The notes beneath the pieces are model-generated. The model searched no databases. It had not been told where the DNA came from and saw only the letters and a program-made list of their open reading frames with translations. A stretch of DNA of 64,000 nt, from the NCBI GenBank assembly GCA_965197905.1, contig CBDAOB010000005.1:1984001-2048000 (forward strand), written 5' to 3'. This document shows positions 29,054-40,167 of the stretch, piece after piece; position 1 is the stretch's first letter; each line of letters begins with the position of its first letter. This DNA comes from Candidatus Latescibacterota bacterium. GTDB taxonomy: Bacteria; Latescibacterota; UBA2968; UBA8231. The position numbers and the translations under genes were made by a program.

Positions 29054-29845
29054 TTATCGAACGACGCCAAGATCGTTGACCGCGCGGTCCAGGGTGCTGT
29101 CTTGGATCTGGATCGCCCGCTGGTCCGCTTCGTAGGATCTGAACACGTCAATCATTTTAACCATCTCGAGCACCGGCTCGACGTTGGCCTCCTCGAGGAA
29201 ACCCTGCGATACTTGGAAATCCTCTGCGGGAATTTGGGTGGCGCCCGGATCGGGAATAAACAGGCCGTCCTTTGATTTGTTCAGGACCGGCTGAAACGGA
29301 CTTTGCGCTTTGAAGTTGCGATCGTAGAGCTGCGGAAAATCCACCACCTGTAGACGGGCAATCCGCGTATCTTCTCCCGTCAATTCGTCACGGCCGCGTA
29401 CTACCCCGTTTCCGTCCACCAGAGGCACCTGAAAATTCTCAGGTATCGCGATCTGAGCACCGTTTTCATCAAGTACCGGGTAGCCCATCGGAGTCACCAG
29501 GGTACCCTGATTGTCCTTGGCGAAATTGCCGTTGCGGGTATACTGGACCCCTTCCGGGGTTTGAATCGTAAAAAACCCCTTACCCGAGATCGCCATGTCG
29601 AACATGTCGCCCGTGCGACGTAGCTGGGCTTGCTCGAAATCGGTCCAAATCCCTTCGAATCGATTTATGCGCCAATCTGGATAATCACCGGAGAGCCGTT
29701 TCTTGGCTTCCTGGACTTCGCGCAAAAACAGGCTGTCCCGCTTGAACCCCGGCACCTCCGTGTTGGCCAGGTTATTGGCTATAGCCTCGTGACGAGTCGA
29801 TTTTGGCAACATTCCAGATGCGGAGATGAACAACCCTTCTATCAT
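29054..29845 (-). CDS. flgF: Proximal rod protein FlgF
   Basis: IANNLANTEVPGFKRD, YTRNGNF, QGFLEEANVEPVLEMV; directly upstream of flgG. Confidence 0.9.
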   Translation of the reverse strand: MIEGLFISASGMLPKSTRHEAIANNLANTEVPGFKRDSLFLREVQEAKKRLSGDYPDWRINRFEGIWTDFEQAQLRRTGDMFDMAISGKGFFTIQTPEGVQYTRNGNFAKDNQGTLVTPMGYPVLDENGAQIAIPENFQVPLVDGNGVVRGRDELTGEDTRIARLQVVDFPQLYDRNFKAQSPFQPVLNKSKDGLFIPDPGATQIPAEDFQVSQGFLEEANVEPVLEMVKMIDVFRSYEADQRAIQIQDSTLDRAVNDLGVVR

Positions 29846-29896
29846 GATTCTCGTTCCCTTTGAAACTGACTAGACCTATAGCTCCGGCTGCTTGGT

Positions 29897-29912
29897 AGCA
29901 AGCTATGTGCCA
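29897..29912 (-). promoter_or_regulatory. Sigma54 promoter of the flgF operon
   Basis: Minus strand TGGCAC-ATAGC-TTGCT, matching the -24/-12 consensus. Confidence 0.85.
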
Positions 29913-30217
29913 CTTTCCCCCTCCCAACCTATCTTCATACGGACCAATCAGATAGCACTTGTCCGCAAGCGCCGGGCCGGAGCAGATCTCGGAAAGAATT
30001 TCCAAGCACTCTGCCTCCGTCTGCCGGCCAACGGCAGACATGGACTCCGGTTTGCTACCATCGACCTACCAAGGTTATTCCACGGGGTTACGTTTCCGCC
30101 AGACACGTCGTATGATATTGTTAATACTGTTGTTGTGATTTCTTGACCAGCGCTTTGCAGCGCCGGATATTAGAACGGTTGAGGCGATTCCATCTCGATT
30201 GTGAGCAATAGATTCTC

Positions 30218-30796
30218 GTGAGCGGCAGAGCCCTACTTTTCCTGATCGCCGGAATGAGCGCCTCCTTCCTGGTGGTACTACTCATCGTGAGTGCTGTCGT
30301 CGAGCCGGATGTGAAACGCCGTCCCAGGCGCCGCGCTCAACGGACCGGGGTCGAGATATCCCCCAGAGCACCGGCAGCCGAGACCCGGCGGGACGTGTCT
30401 CCAAAGGACGCCGTGAGTGAGACCTCTCCGCCGAGCTCCCCGGGCAGTCTGGGAACGACGGATACCCCGGTCGAAGGGAATTTGGGGAAGGCAGGCAGGA
30501 TTCGTCGGGCCGAGCAACAGGTTCGGCAGGCGGCCCAGGCGGCCCAGGAATTCAAGATTGTCCGGAATGAGCTGAAACAGCAGATCGCGGCGCTCAAACA
30601 GGAGCGCAAGCTGATGCTTGCGGAATTGGCGGGGGCTTTGGGCACGATGTCCACTAGAGAAGCGGTGGATCAGATCGAGGCGCTGGACGAAACAGCGGCT
30701 GTGGAGGTGCTACGAAGAACCTCCCAAGCGCGCCGGAAGGAAATCCTAGAAAGGCTCAGTCCGAAACGGGCACGAAGACTGCGGCGAAAGCTTTGA
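30218..30796 (+). CDS. MotE/FlbB-like flagellar membrane protein (TM, coiled coil, MgtE_N-like C-terminus)
   Basis: N-terminal TM, coiled coil, then M...EAV..IEALDE..AVEVL.....RRKEILERLSPKRA. Confidence 0.6.
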   Translation: MSGRALLFLIAGMSASFLVVLLIVSAVVEPDVKRRPRRRAQRTGVEISPRAPAAETRRDVSPKDAVSETSPPSSPGSLGTTDTPVEGNLGKAGRIRRAEQQVRQAAQAAQEFKIVRNELKQQIAALKQERKLMLAELAGALGTMSTREAVDQIEALDETAAVEVLRRTSQARRKEILERLSPKRARRLRRKL

Positions 30797-30834
30797 GGGC
30801 GGCGGAGAATTAAGGTCGGTGTGCCCGGAGAGAT

Positions 30835-31965
30835 CTATATCAAATCGTCGTAGATCGATTGTAGTTTTGTTCCTTGGGTTCCGGCGTTGTAGTTCGCCTC
30901 GACGTGTCGGCGCCCTGACTGCCCCATCGCCAACCAGAGATCGGGATGATCTGCTAGGTGGATGATACGCTCAGCCAACGCCTCGACGTCTCTTTCGGGA
31001 GCCAGTAATCCGGATTCTTCGTCGATCACGTATTCGGGAATGTCCGCGTGTCGCGTTGCTATGACTGGCATACCGGCCGCCTGCGCATCTAGGAGAATTA
31101 CCGGTGCGCCGCCCTCGCTGTCACCATCTTTTGCGGTCACGCTCGCCTGCACCAGAATGTGGCATCGTGAAATCTCCTCAAGTACCTCGGGATAGGTCAA
31201 CGCTCCGCGCATGGTGGTGATATCCCCCAGTGAAGTCTCACGCAAAACCCTTTCGATATTCTCCTGCTCGGGCCCCTCGCCAACGACTACCAGCTCGCAT
31301 GAGAGATCCCTCGCCAACCTTGCCCGTGCCAACGCTCGCAGGGCATAGGTGATCCCTTTCTTCTCGCGGAATGGAGCACAGATAAGGAAGCGGATCCGAC
31401 CAGCGTCCGGGGAACGCGTCCGAAACTCGATGTCCGGCATGCTGACTCCCAAGTGGTGCAGCTTCACCTTGTCCCGGGGACAACCCGCTTCTTCCAAACC
31501 CTCGACCATCGCTTCCCCCTCCGCCAGGAAACAGTCCCCCTCCGCGAACAGCTCCCGATAGATCCGTTGCCACCTGGGATCCCGCTGATCCCGCGAAACA
31601 TCGTAACCATAAAACGAGGTCACCAATGGCAGTCCGGTCTGCCGCTTGGCACGCAGGCATCTACATCCTTGATGACCGAAATGAGCGTGAATAAGATCGA
31701 CCCCCTCCCGTCGCAGAATCGGGGCATAAAACGGATACATTCCGGTAATGCGGCGGGCAAACCGATTGCCCAGCCGTTTCATCAAAGGGTATGCCTCCGC
31801 CGAATATACCTTGGCGGCGGCAAAACGATCGGCGTTCAGCTGCTCTTGGGTCAATACGATCGAGCGATACCGATCCAGGTGGATCAGTTGCGCATAGAGC
31901 CAGATGTTGTTCGCCTGAAGATAGGGTGTTGCACAATGAGCTACGGTATTTCGATCTTGGCTCAT
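30835..31965 (-). CDS. GT4 glycosyltransferase (WcaL/AmsK-like)
   Basis: DLIHAHFG, SFYGYD, EKKG, GDSEGGAPVILLDAQAAGMPVIATRHADIPE; start set at ATG 31965 because the longer ORF runs into the IS. Confidence 0.9.
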   Translation of the reverse strand: MSQDRNTVAHCATPYLQANNIWLYAQLIHLDRYRSIVLTQEQLNADRFAAAKVYSAEAYPLMKRLGNRFARRITGMYPFYAPILRREGVDLIHAHFGHQGCRCLRAKRQTGLPLVTSFYGYDVSRDQRDPRWQRIYRELFAEGDCFLAEGEAMVEGLEEAGCPRDKVKLHHLGVSMPDIEFRTRSPDAGRIRFLICAPFREKKGITYALRALARARLARDLSCELVVVGEGPEQENIERVLRETSLGDITTMRGALTYPEVLEEISRCHILVQASVTAKDGDSEGGAPVILLDAQAAGMPVIATRHADIPEYVIDEESGLLAPERDVEALAERIIHLADHPDLWLAMGQSGRRHVEANYNAGTQGTKLQSIYDDLI

Positions 31966-32054
31966 CGCTTCTGGCTCGCGCAAGTTGCGGCGAGACTCTT
32001 CGAGTGAATCTCCCCGAACTTGCCGGAGGCTCCATTTTTTGAGAGGATTGGAGC

Positions 32055-33277
<1,223 letters not shown>

Positions 33278-33526
33278 TGAGCCTCCGGAGAACCCGGGGC
33301 GATTCAAAGACTCGGTTGGTCCGGGACTGTTTCACCTTCGATGTTCCAAGCGACTCATCTCACAATCCAAGCTCGAATCGAGGTTCGTTTGCTTGAAAAC
33401 GCGCCAATATACCCACATCGGCAGGTAACGCCAATGGCGACGGGACAGCTCTCGTCCTTGTGAAACGATTCCCCTCCCGCCATATTATACGCCGTTTGAA
33501 CAACAAGAGTCTTTTGGAAAGTTGGC

Positions 33527-34213
33527 ATGAATCCGAAAGAGGTCGCTGCCCTCAAAGCAGTTCAGTACGTCCGCGACGGCATGGTCGTTGGTCTTGGCAC
33601 AGGCTCCACTGCGGAGTTTGCCATCAGAGCGCTTGGCGAGCGGGTCGGGGAGGGTTTGAAAGTGCAGACGATTGCCACCTCGGACGAATCGGAGCGCCTG
33701 GCGCGAGAACTCTCCATCGAGGTAGTAACCCTCGAAGACGAGCCGGTAGTCGATCTCACCATTGACGGAGCCGACGAGGTCGATCCCAACCTCGATCTCA
33801 TCAAAGGACTGGGCGGCGCACTATTGCGCGAAAAAATCGTCGCGACGGCTAGCACGAGAGAGGTTATCATCGTGGACCCTTCCAAGAAGGTGCAAAAACT
33901 TGGAACCAGATCCCCGCTTCCCATCGAGGTGATCCCGTTCGCGTGGCCGTTAGTGCACCGAGAACTCATGGAGGGTGGATTGCGATCCAAACTCAGACCG
34001 GCTAAAGACGGACAGGCCACCTACGAGACGGACAATGGAAATCTTGTTCTGGATTGCGCCTTTCCTGATGGCATCGACGATCCCTTGCAGATGGAAAGCC
34101 GGATCAATCGCATGGCCGGTGTGATCGAGAACGGATTGTTCGTCGGCTTGACCCACATCGTCATCGTGGGCAACGAAGACGGAACATGTGAGATCCTGGA
34201 GAGGTCGACGTGA
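33527..34213 (+). CDS. rpiA: Ribose-5-phosphate isomerase A
   Basis: GLGTGSTA, DGADEVD, IKGLGGALLREKIVA, TDNGN. Confidence 0.97.
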   Translation: MNPKEVAALKAVQYVRDGMVVGLGTGSTAEFAIRALGERVGEGLKVQTIATSDESERLARELSIEVVTLEDEPVVDLTIDGADEVDPNLDLIKGLGGALLREKIVATASTREVIIVDPSKKVQKLGTRSPLPIEVIPFAWPLVHRELMEGGLRSKLRPAKDGQATYETDNGNLVLDCAFPDGIDDPLQMESRINRMAGVIENGLFVGLTHIVIVGNEDGTCEILERST

Positions 34214-35325
34214 GCGAGGCGAATCGAAACGATACACGGCGGCGCTTCCTGCGCAACGCCGGGCTCGCTACCACCGGGATCGTTGCCGCCGGGGGCCTCG
34301 AAAAGAGCGCGGCCATGGCGTCTGAGCCTTACACCTGGAAGATGGTCACCACCTGGCCGAAGAATTTTCCGGGCCTTGGAACCGGCGCCAATCACCTGGC
34401 TGAAACGATAGCGCAGATGTCGGGCGGGCAGTTGCGCATTCGAGTGTATGGCGCCGGAGAGCTAGTCCCCGCCCTCGGGGTATTCGATGCTGTCAGTCGC
34501 GGCACCGCCGAGATGGGCCATGCCGCATCCTATTACTGGAAGGGTAAACACGAAGCAACCCAGCTGTTCGCAGCTGTACCGTTCGGCTTGAACGCCATGG
34601 AGATGAACGCCTGGTTGTATTTTGGTGGCGCCCAGCAGCTATGGGACCGACTCTACGGCGATTTCAATCTCAAGGGATTCCCCGCCGGCAACACCGGCGT
34701 TCAGATGGGCGGTTGGTTCAATCGGGAGATCAACGAGATCGGCGATTTCAGCGGACTCAAGATTCGCATGCCCGGCCTTGGCGGTGAGGTCCTCCGCAGC
34801 CTGGGCGCCACCGTGCAGCTGCTTCCGGGGGGAGAGATCTTTCAGGCACTCAAGACCGGAGTCATCGACGCCACCGAGTGGGTGGGACCCGACAACGATC
34901 TGGCCTTCGGCTTTCAACAGGCTGCCAGATTCTACTACTGGCCCGGCTGGCACGAGCCCGGTACCACCATCGAGGCGATGGTAAACAGGGAAGCGTTCGA
35001 AAATCTCCCGGCCCATCTGCGTGCCGTGATCGAACGCGCCTGCCAGGCCGCCAACGACCACATGCTGGCAGAGTTCACAGCCAGAAACAGCGCCGCGCTG
35101 CAAACCCTCGTAAGCAAACACAAAGTCCAGCTGCGCCGTTTTCCCGATCCTGTGTTGAAGGCCCTGGGCTCGAAGGCCGCCCGCGTCGTCGAGGAGATTG
35201 CTGCCAGCGATCCTTTCTCCAAACAGGTGTACGATTCCTTCCAGAACTTCCGCAAAGATTCCGCGGGTTATACGCGCATCACCGAGCAGGCCTACTCCCA
35301 CGCTCGTGCCCTCACATTCGGATAG
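34210..35325 (+). CDS. dctP: TRAP transporter substrate-binding protein (TakP/keto-acid type, Tat signal)
   Basis: TRRRFL Tat motif, WKMVTTWPKNFPGLG, GNTGVQMGGWFNREI, PGWHEP. Confidence 0.92.
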   Translation: MSEANRNDTRRRFLRNAGLATTGIVAAGGLEKSAAMASEPYTWKMVTTWPKNFPGLGTGANHLAETIAQMSGGQLRIRVYGAGELVPALGVFDAVSRGTAEMGHAASYYWKGKHEATQLFAAVPFGLNAMEMNAWLYFGGAQQLWDRLYGDFNLKGFPAGNTGVQMGGWFNREINEIGDFSGLKIRMPGLGGEVLRSLGATVQLLPGGEIFQALKTGVIDATEWVGPDNDLAFGFQQAARFYYWPGWHEPGTTIEAMVNREAFENLPAHLRAVIERACQAANDHMLAEFTARNSAALQTLVSKHKVQLRRFPDPVLKALGSKAARVVEEIAASDPFSKQVYDSFQNFRKDSAGYTRITEQAYSHARALTFG

Positions 35326-35337
35326 ACAACCCGTACC

Positions 35338-35811
35338 TTGAGGGTCGCCGATAAATGGGTATCGCGCACCCTGCCGTGGCTTACGCTTGCCATGGTCCTG
35401 GTGACTTTCACGATCGTCATACTGCGGTACGGGTTCGAGCTGGGATGGGTCTGGATGCAAGAGATCGTGCTGTATATGCACGCTTTCGTTTTTCTTCTCG
35501 GTTCGGCCTACGCCCTGGGCCGCGACGCTCACGTTCGTGTCGACATCCTGTATCGCCCGCTGTCTGAACGGGGCAAGGCGGTGGTCGACGGGCTCGGCTC
35601 GCTCTTGCTGCTCATCCCAATCTGTATGGTGATTTTCCATCAAGCGTATCCGTACGTCATCGACTCCTGGCTCGTCTTCGAGGGTTCGAAAGACGGAGGC
35701 GGACTCGAAGCGGTCTTCCTGCTCAAGACCGGCATACTGCTGTTCTGTCTCCTGCTCTTTCTGCAGGCGCTGGCCATCTTGCGACGAACTGTTTCAACCC
35801 TTCGAAGGTGA
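35338..35811 (+). CDS. dctQ: TRAP transporter small permease
   Basis: Four TMs, HVRVDILY; start codon uncertain (TTG). Confidence 0.88.
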   Translation: MRVADKWVSRTLPWLTLAMVLVTFTIVILRYGFELGWVWMQEIVLYMHAFVFLLGSAYALGRDAHVRVDILYRPLSERGKAVVDGLGSLLLLIPICMVIFHQAYPYVIDSWLVFEGSKDGGGLEAVFLLKTGILLFCLLLFLQALAILRRTVSTLRR

Positions 35812-37208
35812 CGAGCGTGTCCGACTATCTCCCGTTGCTGATGTTCCTGGTTACCCTTGCCGTCCTGCTCTCCGGGTACCCGGTGGCATTCTGCCTCGCC
35901 GGAACCGCCCTGTTGTTCGCTGCCCTCGGCATTCTTGGCGGTCAGTTCGACGCCGCCTTCCTATCGGCGATCCCGCCGCGAATATTCGGCATCATGGCCA
36001 ACGAGACCCTGATCGCTGTACCGCTCTTCGTATTTATGGGAGTGGTGTTGGAACGGTCGAAGATCGCCGAGGATTTGCTGGACACCATGTCGCAGCTGTT
36101 CGGAGGATTGCGCGGCGGATTGGGAATCTCGGTCTGTCTAGTGGGGGGACTGTTGGCGGCCTCCACCGGCATCGTGGGCGCTACCGTCGTAACGATGGGG
36201 CTCATTTCGCTGCCCGCCATGTTGAAGAGACGCTACTCGCCTTCTCTCTCCTCCGGTATCATCTGTGCATCTGGAACCTTGGGACAGATCATTCCCCCCA
36301 GTATCGTCCTGGTGATCCTTGGAGATGTGATCAGCTCCGCCAATCAACAAGCGCAGCTCGACCTCGGTAATTTCTCGCCAACCGGTGTGTCTGTGGGAGA
36401 CTTGTTTTTGGGCGCCTTGGTGCCTGGGCTCCTCTTGATGTGTATGTATACCGGGTATGTCGTGGTTGTCGGTCAACTGCGGCCGCACCTGGTTCCGGCG
36501 TTGTCCGCCACCGATCGCGAGCCACTCGCGAGCCGCGCATTTCTACGCAAGCTTCTTTTGGTTCTGGCGCCTCCTCTCATCTTGATTGTGGGAGTGCTGG
36601 GTTCGATCCTCACCGGCATTGCCACCCCTACCGAAGCGGCTTCGGTGGGCGCGGTGGGTGCAATCCTGTTGTCGTTGCTCAAGGGAGAGCTCAACCGGGA
36701 CGTGTTGTCTCAGGTCATGCGTACGACGACCGAGATCAACACCATGGTCTTCACGATACTCATAGGAGCCAGCGTCTTCTCCCTGGTGTTTCGCGGGTAT
36801 GGAGGAGATTTAGTCGTGGAGGAGTTTCTGCAGGGCCTCGATGGAGGTGTTGCGGGTTCGTTCGTGGCGGTGATGGTGGCGATGTTCTTTCTCGGTTTTT
36901 TTCTGGATTTCTTCGAGATCATTTTTGTCGTGGTGCCGATCGTGGGTCCCATATTATTGAAGATGGGACTAGACCCGATCTGGCTCGGGGTGATGATAGC
37001 TGTCAACCTGCAGACGTCTTTCTTAACACCTCCGTTCGGTTTCGCCCTGTTCTATCTGCGTGGAGTGGCCCCCGGAGAGATCGATACACGGCAGATTTAC
37101 GCGGGAGTAATACCCTTCATATTGATGCAACTGGCGATGCTGCTGGCTTTGTGGATCTACCCCGAACTCGCTACCGCCCTGCCGAGAATGGCGTTCCAGT
37201 ATCCCTGA
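35808..37208 (+). CDS. dctM: TRAP transporter large permease
   Basis: GTLGQIIPPSIVL, TPTEAA, NLQTSFLTPPFGFALFYLRGV. Confidence 0.94.
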   Translation: MTSVSDYLPLLMFLVTLAVLLSGYPVAFCLAGTALLFAALGILGGQFDAAFLSAIPPRIFGIMANETLIAVPLFVFMGVVLERSKIAEDLLDTMSQLFGGLRGGLGISVCLVGGLLAASTGIVGATVVTMGLISLPAMLKRRYSPSLSSGIICASGTLGQIIPPSIVLVILGDVISSANQQAQLDLGNFSPTGVSVGDLFLGALVPGLLLMCMYTGYVVVVGQLRPHLVPALSATDREPLASRAFLRKLLLVLAPPLILIVGVLGSILTGIATPTEAASVGAVGAILLSLLKGELNRDVLSQVMRTTTEINTMVFTILIGASVFSLVFRGYGGDLVVEEFLQGLDGGVAGSFVAVMVAMFFLGFFLDFFEIIFVVVPIVGPILLKMGLDPIWLGVMIAVNLQTSFLTPPFGFALFYLRGVAPGEIDTRQIYAGVIPFILMQLAMLLALWIYPELATALPRMAFQYP

Positions 37209-37236
37209 CTCGACGGTATCGTGCGGACGTAACGCC

Positions 37237-37653
37237 TCACCCGAGCCCGACTCCGACCCCGTGATCGTATACCAGCTCACCGCCGAAGTAGGCGGCGATC
37301 CACAGAACCACGCTTGCTAGCAGCGCGGCAATAGCCCAAATACGGGGGTCGCGTCCCTGCAGCTGGAACGGAAGGCGCCCCAGGGCGATGAGCAGGCAAA
37401 GAAACAAAGACGCAGTTGCCCAGTCTTCGTGTCGTTCGATCAAGATGGCGATCGAGCCGTCTGCCCGATTGGATGCAGCCGCGTCATTGCCCGAGACCAC
37501 CGAGCCGATGGCGGACAGGGTGCCCGCAACCAGAACCGCAAAAGCCAGCGGGTGCCACTCCCGCTTCCCCAATGGGCCTGCGATCAGATCGATAGCCGCG
37601 CTGAGTGGCAGCAGGACGAGCGGAAAATGAACCAGTGCCGGATGTAGCTCCAT
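37237..37653 (-). CDS. DUF2231-family membrane protein
   Basis: LHPALVHFP, ERHE, GGELVYDHGVG; start set at ATG 37653. Confidence 0.8.
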   Translation of the reverse strand: MELHPALVHFPLVLLPLSAAIDLIAGPLGKREWHPLAFAVLVAGTLSAIGSVVSGNDAAASNRADGSIAILIERHEDWATASLFLCLLIALGRLPFQLQGRDPRIWAIAALLASVVLWIAAYFGGELVYDHGVGVGLG

Positions 37654-37791
37654 ATTGCTCACCAAATTTGTGGCCGCCAAGATAGACCGGCCTCGCTGGC
37701 GCTGCAAGGCAAGTTGACAGCTACACCGCTTCGCGATATCATTCGACCCTTCGATTCTGCCTCAGGGCAATCCACTACAGGTATAAGATCG

Positions 37792-39030
37792 TTGCGAATC
37801 CAGAAAGCGATCGCTATTCCCGCGCTGGGGGGTTACTACAACGAGGACCTCAAAGCCATCCGCTCCGGCGCAAAACCGGATGGCCTGTTCTTTGCCGATC
37901 CCCCACAGTCTCCAGGGTTTCGCTCCATTCGCCAGCCCAGCGAGGCCTCATCCATCTTACTCATTCTCGATGACCATCAGGTTGCCTTCGGCGATGCGCT
38001 CAGCGTCGACTATGCCGCCGCGGGGGGCCGCTCCGGGCTCTTCTCAGCGGAACGACAGGTTCCCCTGTTGAACGAGATATGCCAGACCCTCGTTGGTCGC
38101 AGGATCGGCGGGTTCGTCGCCATGTGCGAGGAGCTAGAGGAAACCGTCGCTCGAAACGGGCTGCACCAGCCAGGAGCCATGTTCGGTTTCTCACAGGCCA
38201 TCCTCCAGGCCGTGGCGATGAAGCGGAAGATCACCTGCGCCGAGGTGGTGGCCGATGAACTGGGCACCACCATCGGAGATGAACCCACTCCACTCGGCAT
38301 TCAGAGCGGGGAGTACCGCCGGGACGCCGTGGACAAAGCGATCGCAAAAGGTGTGGATGTCTTGCCCCACGGATTGATCAACGACCTGGAGACAACGGTC
38401 GGCACCGAGGGAGTAAAGCTGAAGGAATATGTGTTGTGGATCGCCGACCGCATACGGAAGTACGGGGTTGAGGGATACGCACCGCGGATCCACTTGGATC
38501 TCTATGGCCAGCTAGGCGCCACGTTCGATCACGACCTCGAGAGAATGACCAAGTTCTTGAGTGATCTCGAGCATACTGCCCGACCTTACCAGCTGTGCAT
38601 CGAGACACCGGTGCTGATGGAAAGCCTGGAGTCTCAGCTCGCGCTATTGACGACACTGCGCGCTGCGCTGGATAAATGCGGATCAACGGTTCAGCTTATA
38701 GTCGACGAATGGGCGAACGACCTGCACGACATCCGCCGTTTCCTCAATGCCGCAGCGGCGCATATGATCCACATCAAAACTCCCGATCTCGGTTCTCTTC
38801 ACCGCAGCGCCCAGGCCGTTCTCGAATGCCGCGCCGCCGGGGTCGCACCGGTTCTGGGCGGCTCTTGTGCCGAGACCGACCAGTCTGCGCGGCTGGTGGC
38901 CCACATTGCGCTTGCAACCTCACCGGAGTGGGTGCTGGCGCGCCCCGGGATGGGTGTGGACGAGGGTGTGCAGCTCCTGCACAACGAGATGGCTCGAACT
39001 CTAGCTCTCATCAAGGCGAGGACCCGATGA
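37792..39030 (+). CDS. Methylaspartate ammonia-lyase-like protein (enolase superfamily), divergent
   Basis: DVLPHGLIN, HLDLYG, IETP, VDEW, IKTPDLG, GGSC.ETD, LARPGMGVDEG; start set at TTG 37792 by similarity to the MAL N-terminus (ORF is open from 37714). Confidence 0.85.
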   Translation: MRIQKAIAIPALGGYYNEDLKAIRSGAKPDGLFFADPPQSPGFRSIRQPSEASSILLILDDHQVAFGDALSVDYAAAGGRSGLFSAERQVPLLNEICQTLVGRRIGGFVAMCEELEETVARNGLHQPGAMFGFSQAILQAVAMKRKITCAEVVADELGTTIGDEPTPLGIQSGEYRRDAVDKAIAKGVDVLPHGLINDLETTVGTEGVKLKEYVLWIADRIRKYGVEGYAPRIHLDLYGQLGATFDHDLERMTKFLSDLEHTARPYQLCIETPVLMESLESQLALLTTLRAALDKCGSTVQLIVDEWANDLHDIRRFLNAAAAHMIHIKTPDLGSLHRSAQAVLECRAAGVAPVLGGSCAETDQSARLVAHIALATSPEWVLARPGMGVDEGVQLLHNEMARTLALIKARTR

Positions 39031-40154
39031 GCGGCATCCTCCAGTGTGCTAGGTGCGGCTTTGATTGCGGACCCGAATCGACCAACTATTGCTGTCCCAA
39101 ATGCCAGAGCAAGCTGATCTACCGAGGGACAAAACCGAGGTTCCCGGAACGGTCGATTTGTCAGCGCAACGCCGATATGTGGCGTTATGCCGAGGCGCTC
39201 CCCCACTTCGAACAACGCGTCTCTCTCGGGGAAGGTTTTACTCCCCTTGTGCCGTTGACCGTCGACGGCATCCAGACCCTCGCCAAGTGCGAGTTCAGCC
39301 TGCCCAGCGGATCCTACAAGGATCGCGGCTCGGCCACCCTGATGAGCTACCTGCGGTCTATTGGCGCGGGGGAAGTCGTGGAGGATTCTTCGGGCAATGC
39401 CGGCGCCTCCCTGGCCGCTTATGCGGCGCGCGCGGGCATGCCGTTGAAGATCTTCTGCCCCGCCGACGCGCCGTCGGGAAAGCTTATGCAGATTCGCCTT
39501 GCCGGGGCCGACCTGGTCAAGGTGCCCGGTCCCAGACCGCGCGCGACCGAGGCGCTTTTGGAATACATAACCCAATACAATGCCGTCTACGCCTCCCACC
39601 TGTGGCACCCTATGTTCGTCGAAGGCATAAAAACCATCGCTTTCGAGCTCGCTGAGCAACTTTCCTGGCGCGCGCCGGCAGCCGTTGTTTTTCCGGTGGG
39701 AGCCGGGAGTATCCTGCTCGGCCTATATCGAGGATTTAAGGAGTTGTTGGAGGCGGACATGATTCCGTCACTCCCGATTCTCGTTGCCGTGCAAGCGGAG
39801 AAGAACTGTGCACTCCACAACGCTTTCGTAAACAATGCCGAGGAGATCTCTCAGATTCCCCCGCCCCAACCCAGCCTTGCCGATGGCCTCGCCGCCAGTC
39901 CAGGTGTTCACGGCCCCGAGCTACTTCAGGGGGTGCGGGAATCGCAGGGAACCGTCGTTACCGTTTCCGAGGCGGAGATAGCCGAGGGTGTCCATGCCCT
40001 GGGACGACTTGGTTTTTGTGTGGAGCCCACCACCGCTGTGGTTTGGCACGGAACGAGGCACGCCCGCGAGTTGTTGGCCGGTGAAGGTGCTGTGGTGGTG
40101 GTCCTGTCGGGCAATGGCCTGAAGGCGGCGCAGACCATCGACGGTATTCTTTGA
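39027..40154 (+). CDS. Threonine synthase-like PLP enzyme (fold type II) with N-terminal Zn ribbon
   Basis: CARC...CPKC, SLGEGFTPL, PSGSYKDRG (PLP Lys), EDSSGNAGASLAAY, VEPT, LSGNGLK; ATGA overlap with the upstream gene. Confidence 0.88.
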   Translation: MSGILQCARCGFDCGPESTNYCCPKCQSKLIYRGTKPRFPERSICQRNADMWRYAEALPHFEQRVSLGEGFTPLVPLTVDGIQTLAKCEFSLPSGSYKDRGSATLMSYLRSIGAGEVVEDSSGNAGASLAAYAARAGMPLKIFCPADAPSGKLMQIRLAGADLVKVPGPRPRATEALLEYITQYNAVYASHLWHPMFVEGIKTIAFELAEQLSWRAPAAVVFPVGAGSILLGLYRGFKELLEADMIPSLPILVAVQAEKNCALHNAFVNNAEEISQIPPPQPSLADGLAASPGVHGPELLQGVRESQGTVVTVSEAEIAEGVHALGRLGFCVEPTTAVVWHGTRHARELLAGEGAVVVVLSGNGLKAAQTIDGIL

Positions 40155-40167
40155 ATCGAGTCGTGGC

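Noticed and set aside
35323..35340. Stop-codon read-through fusing dctP and dctQ (same frame, single TAG)
   Set aside because: Same-frame adjacency has a 1-in-3 chance, a TTG start is available, and no recoding signal is evident.
38676..39026. N-terminal extension of the 492-aa threonine synthase ORF
   Set aside because: It overlaps the MAL-like gene; the real start is ATG 39027.
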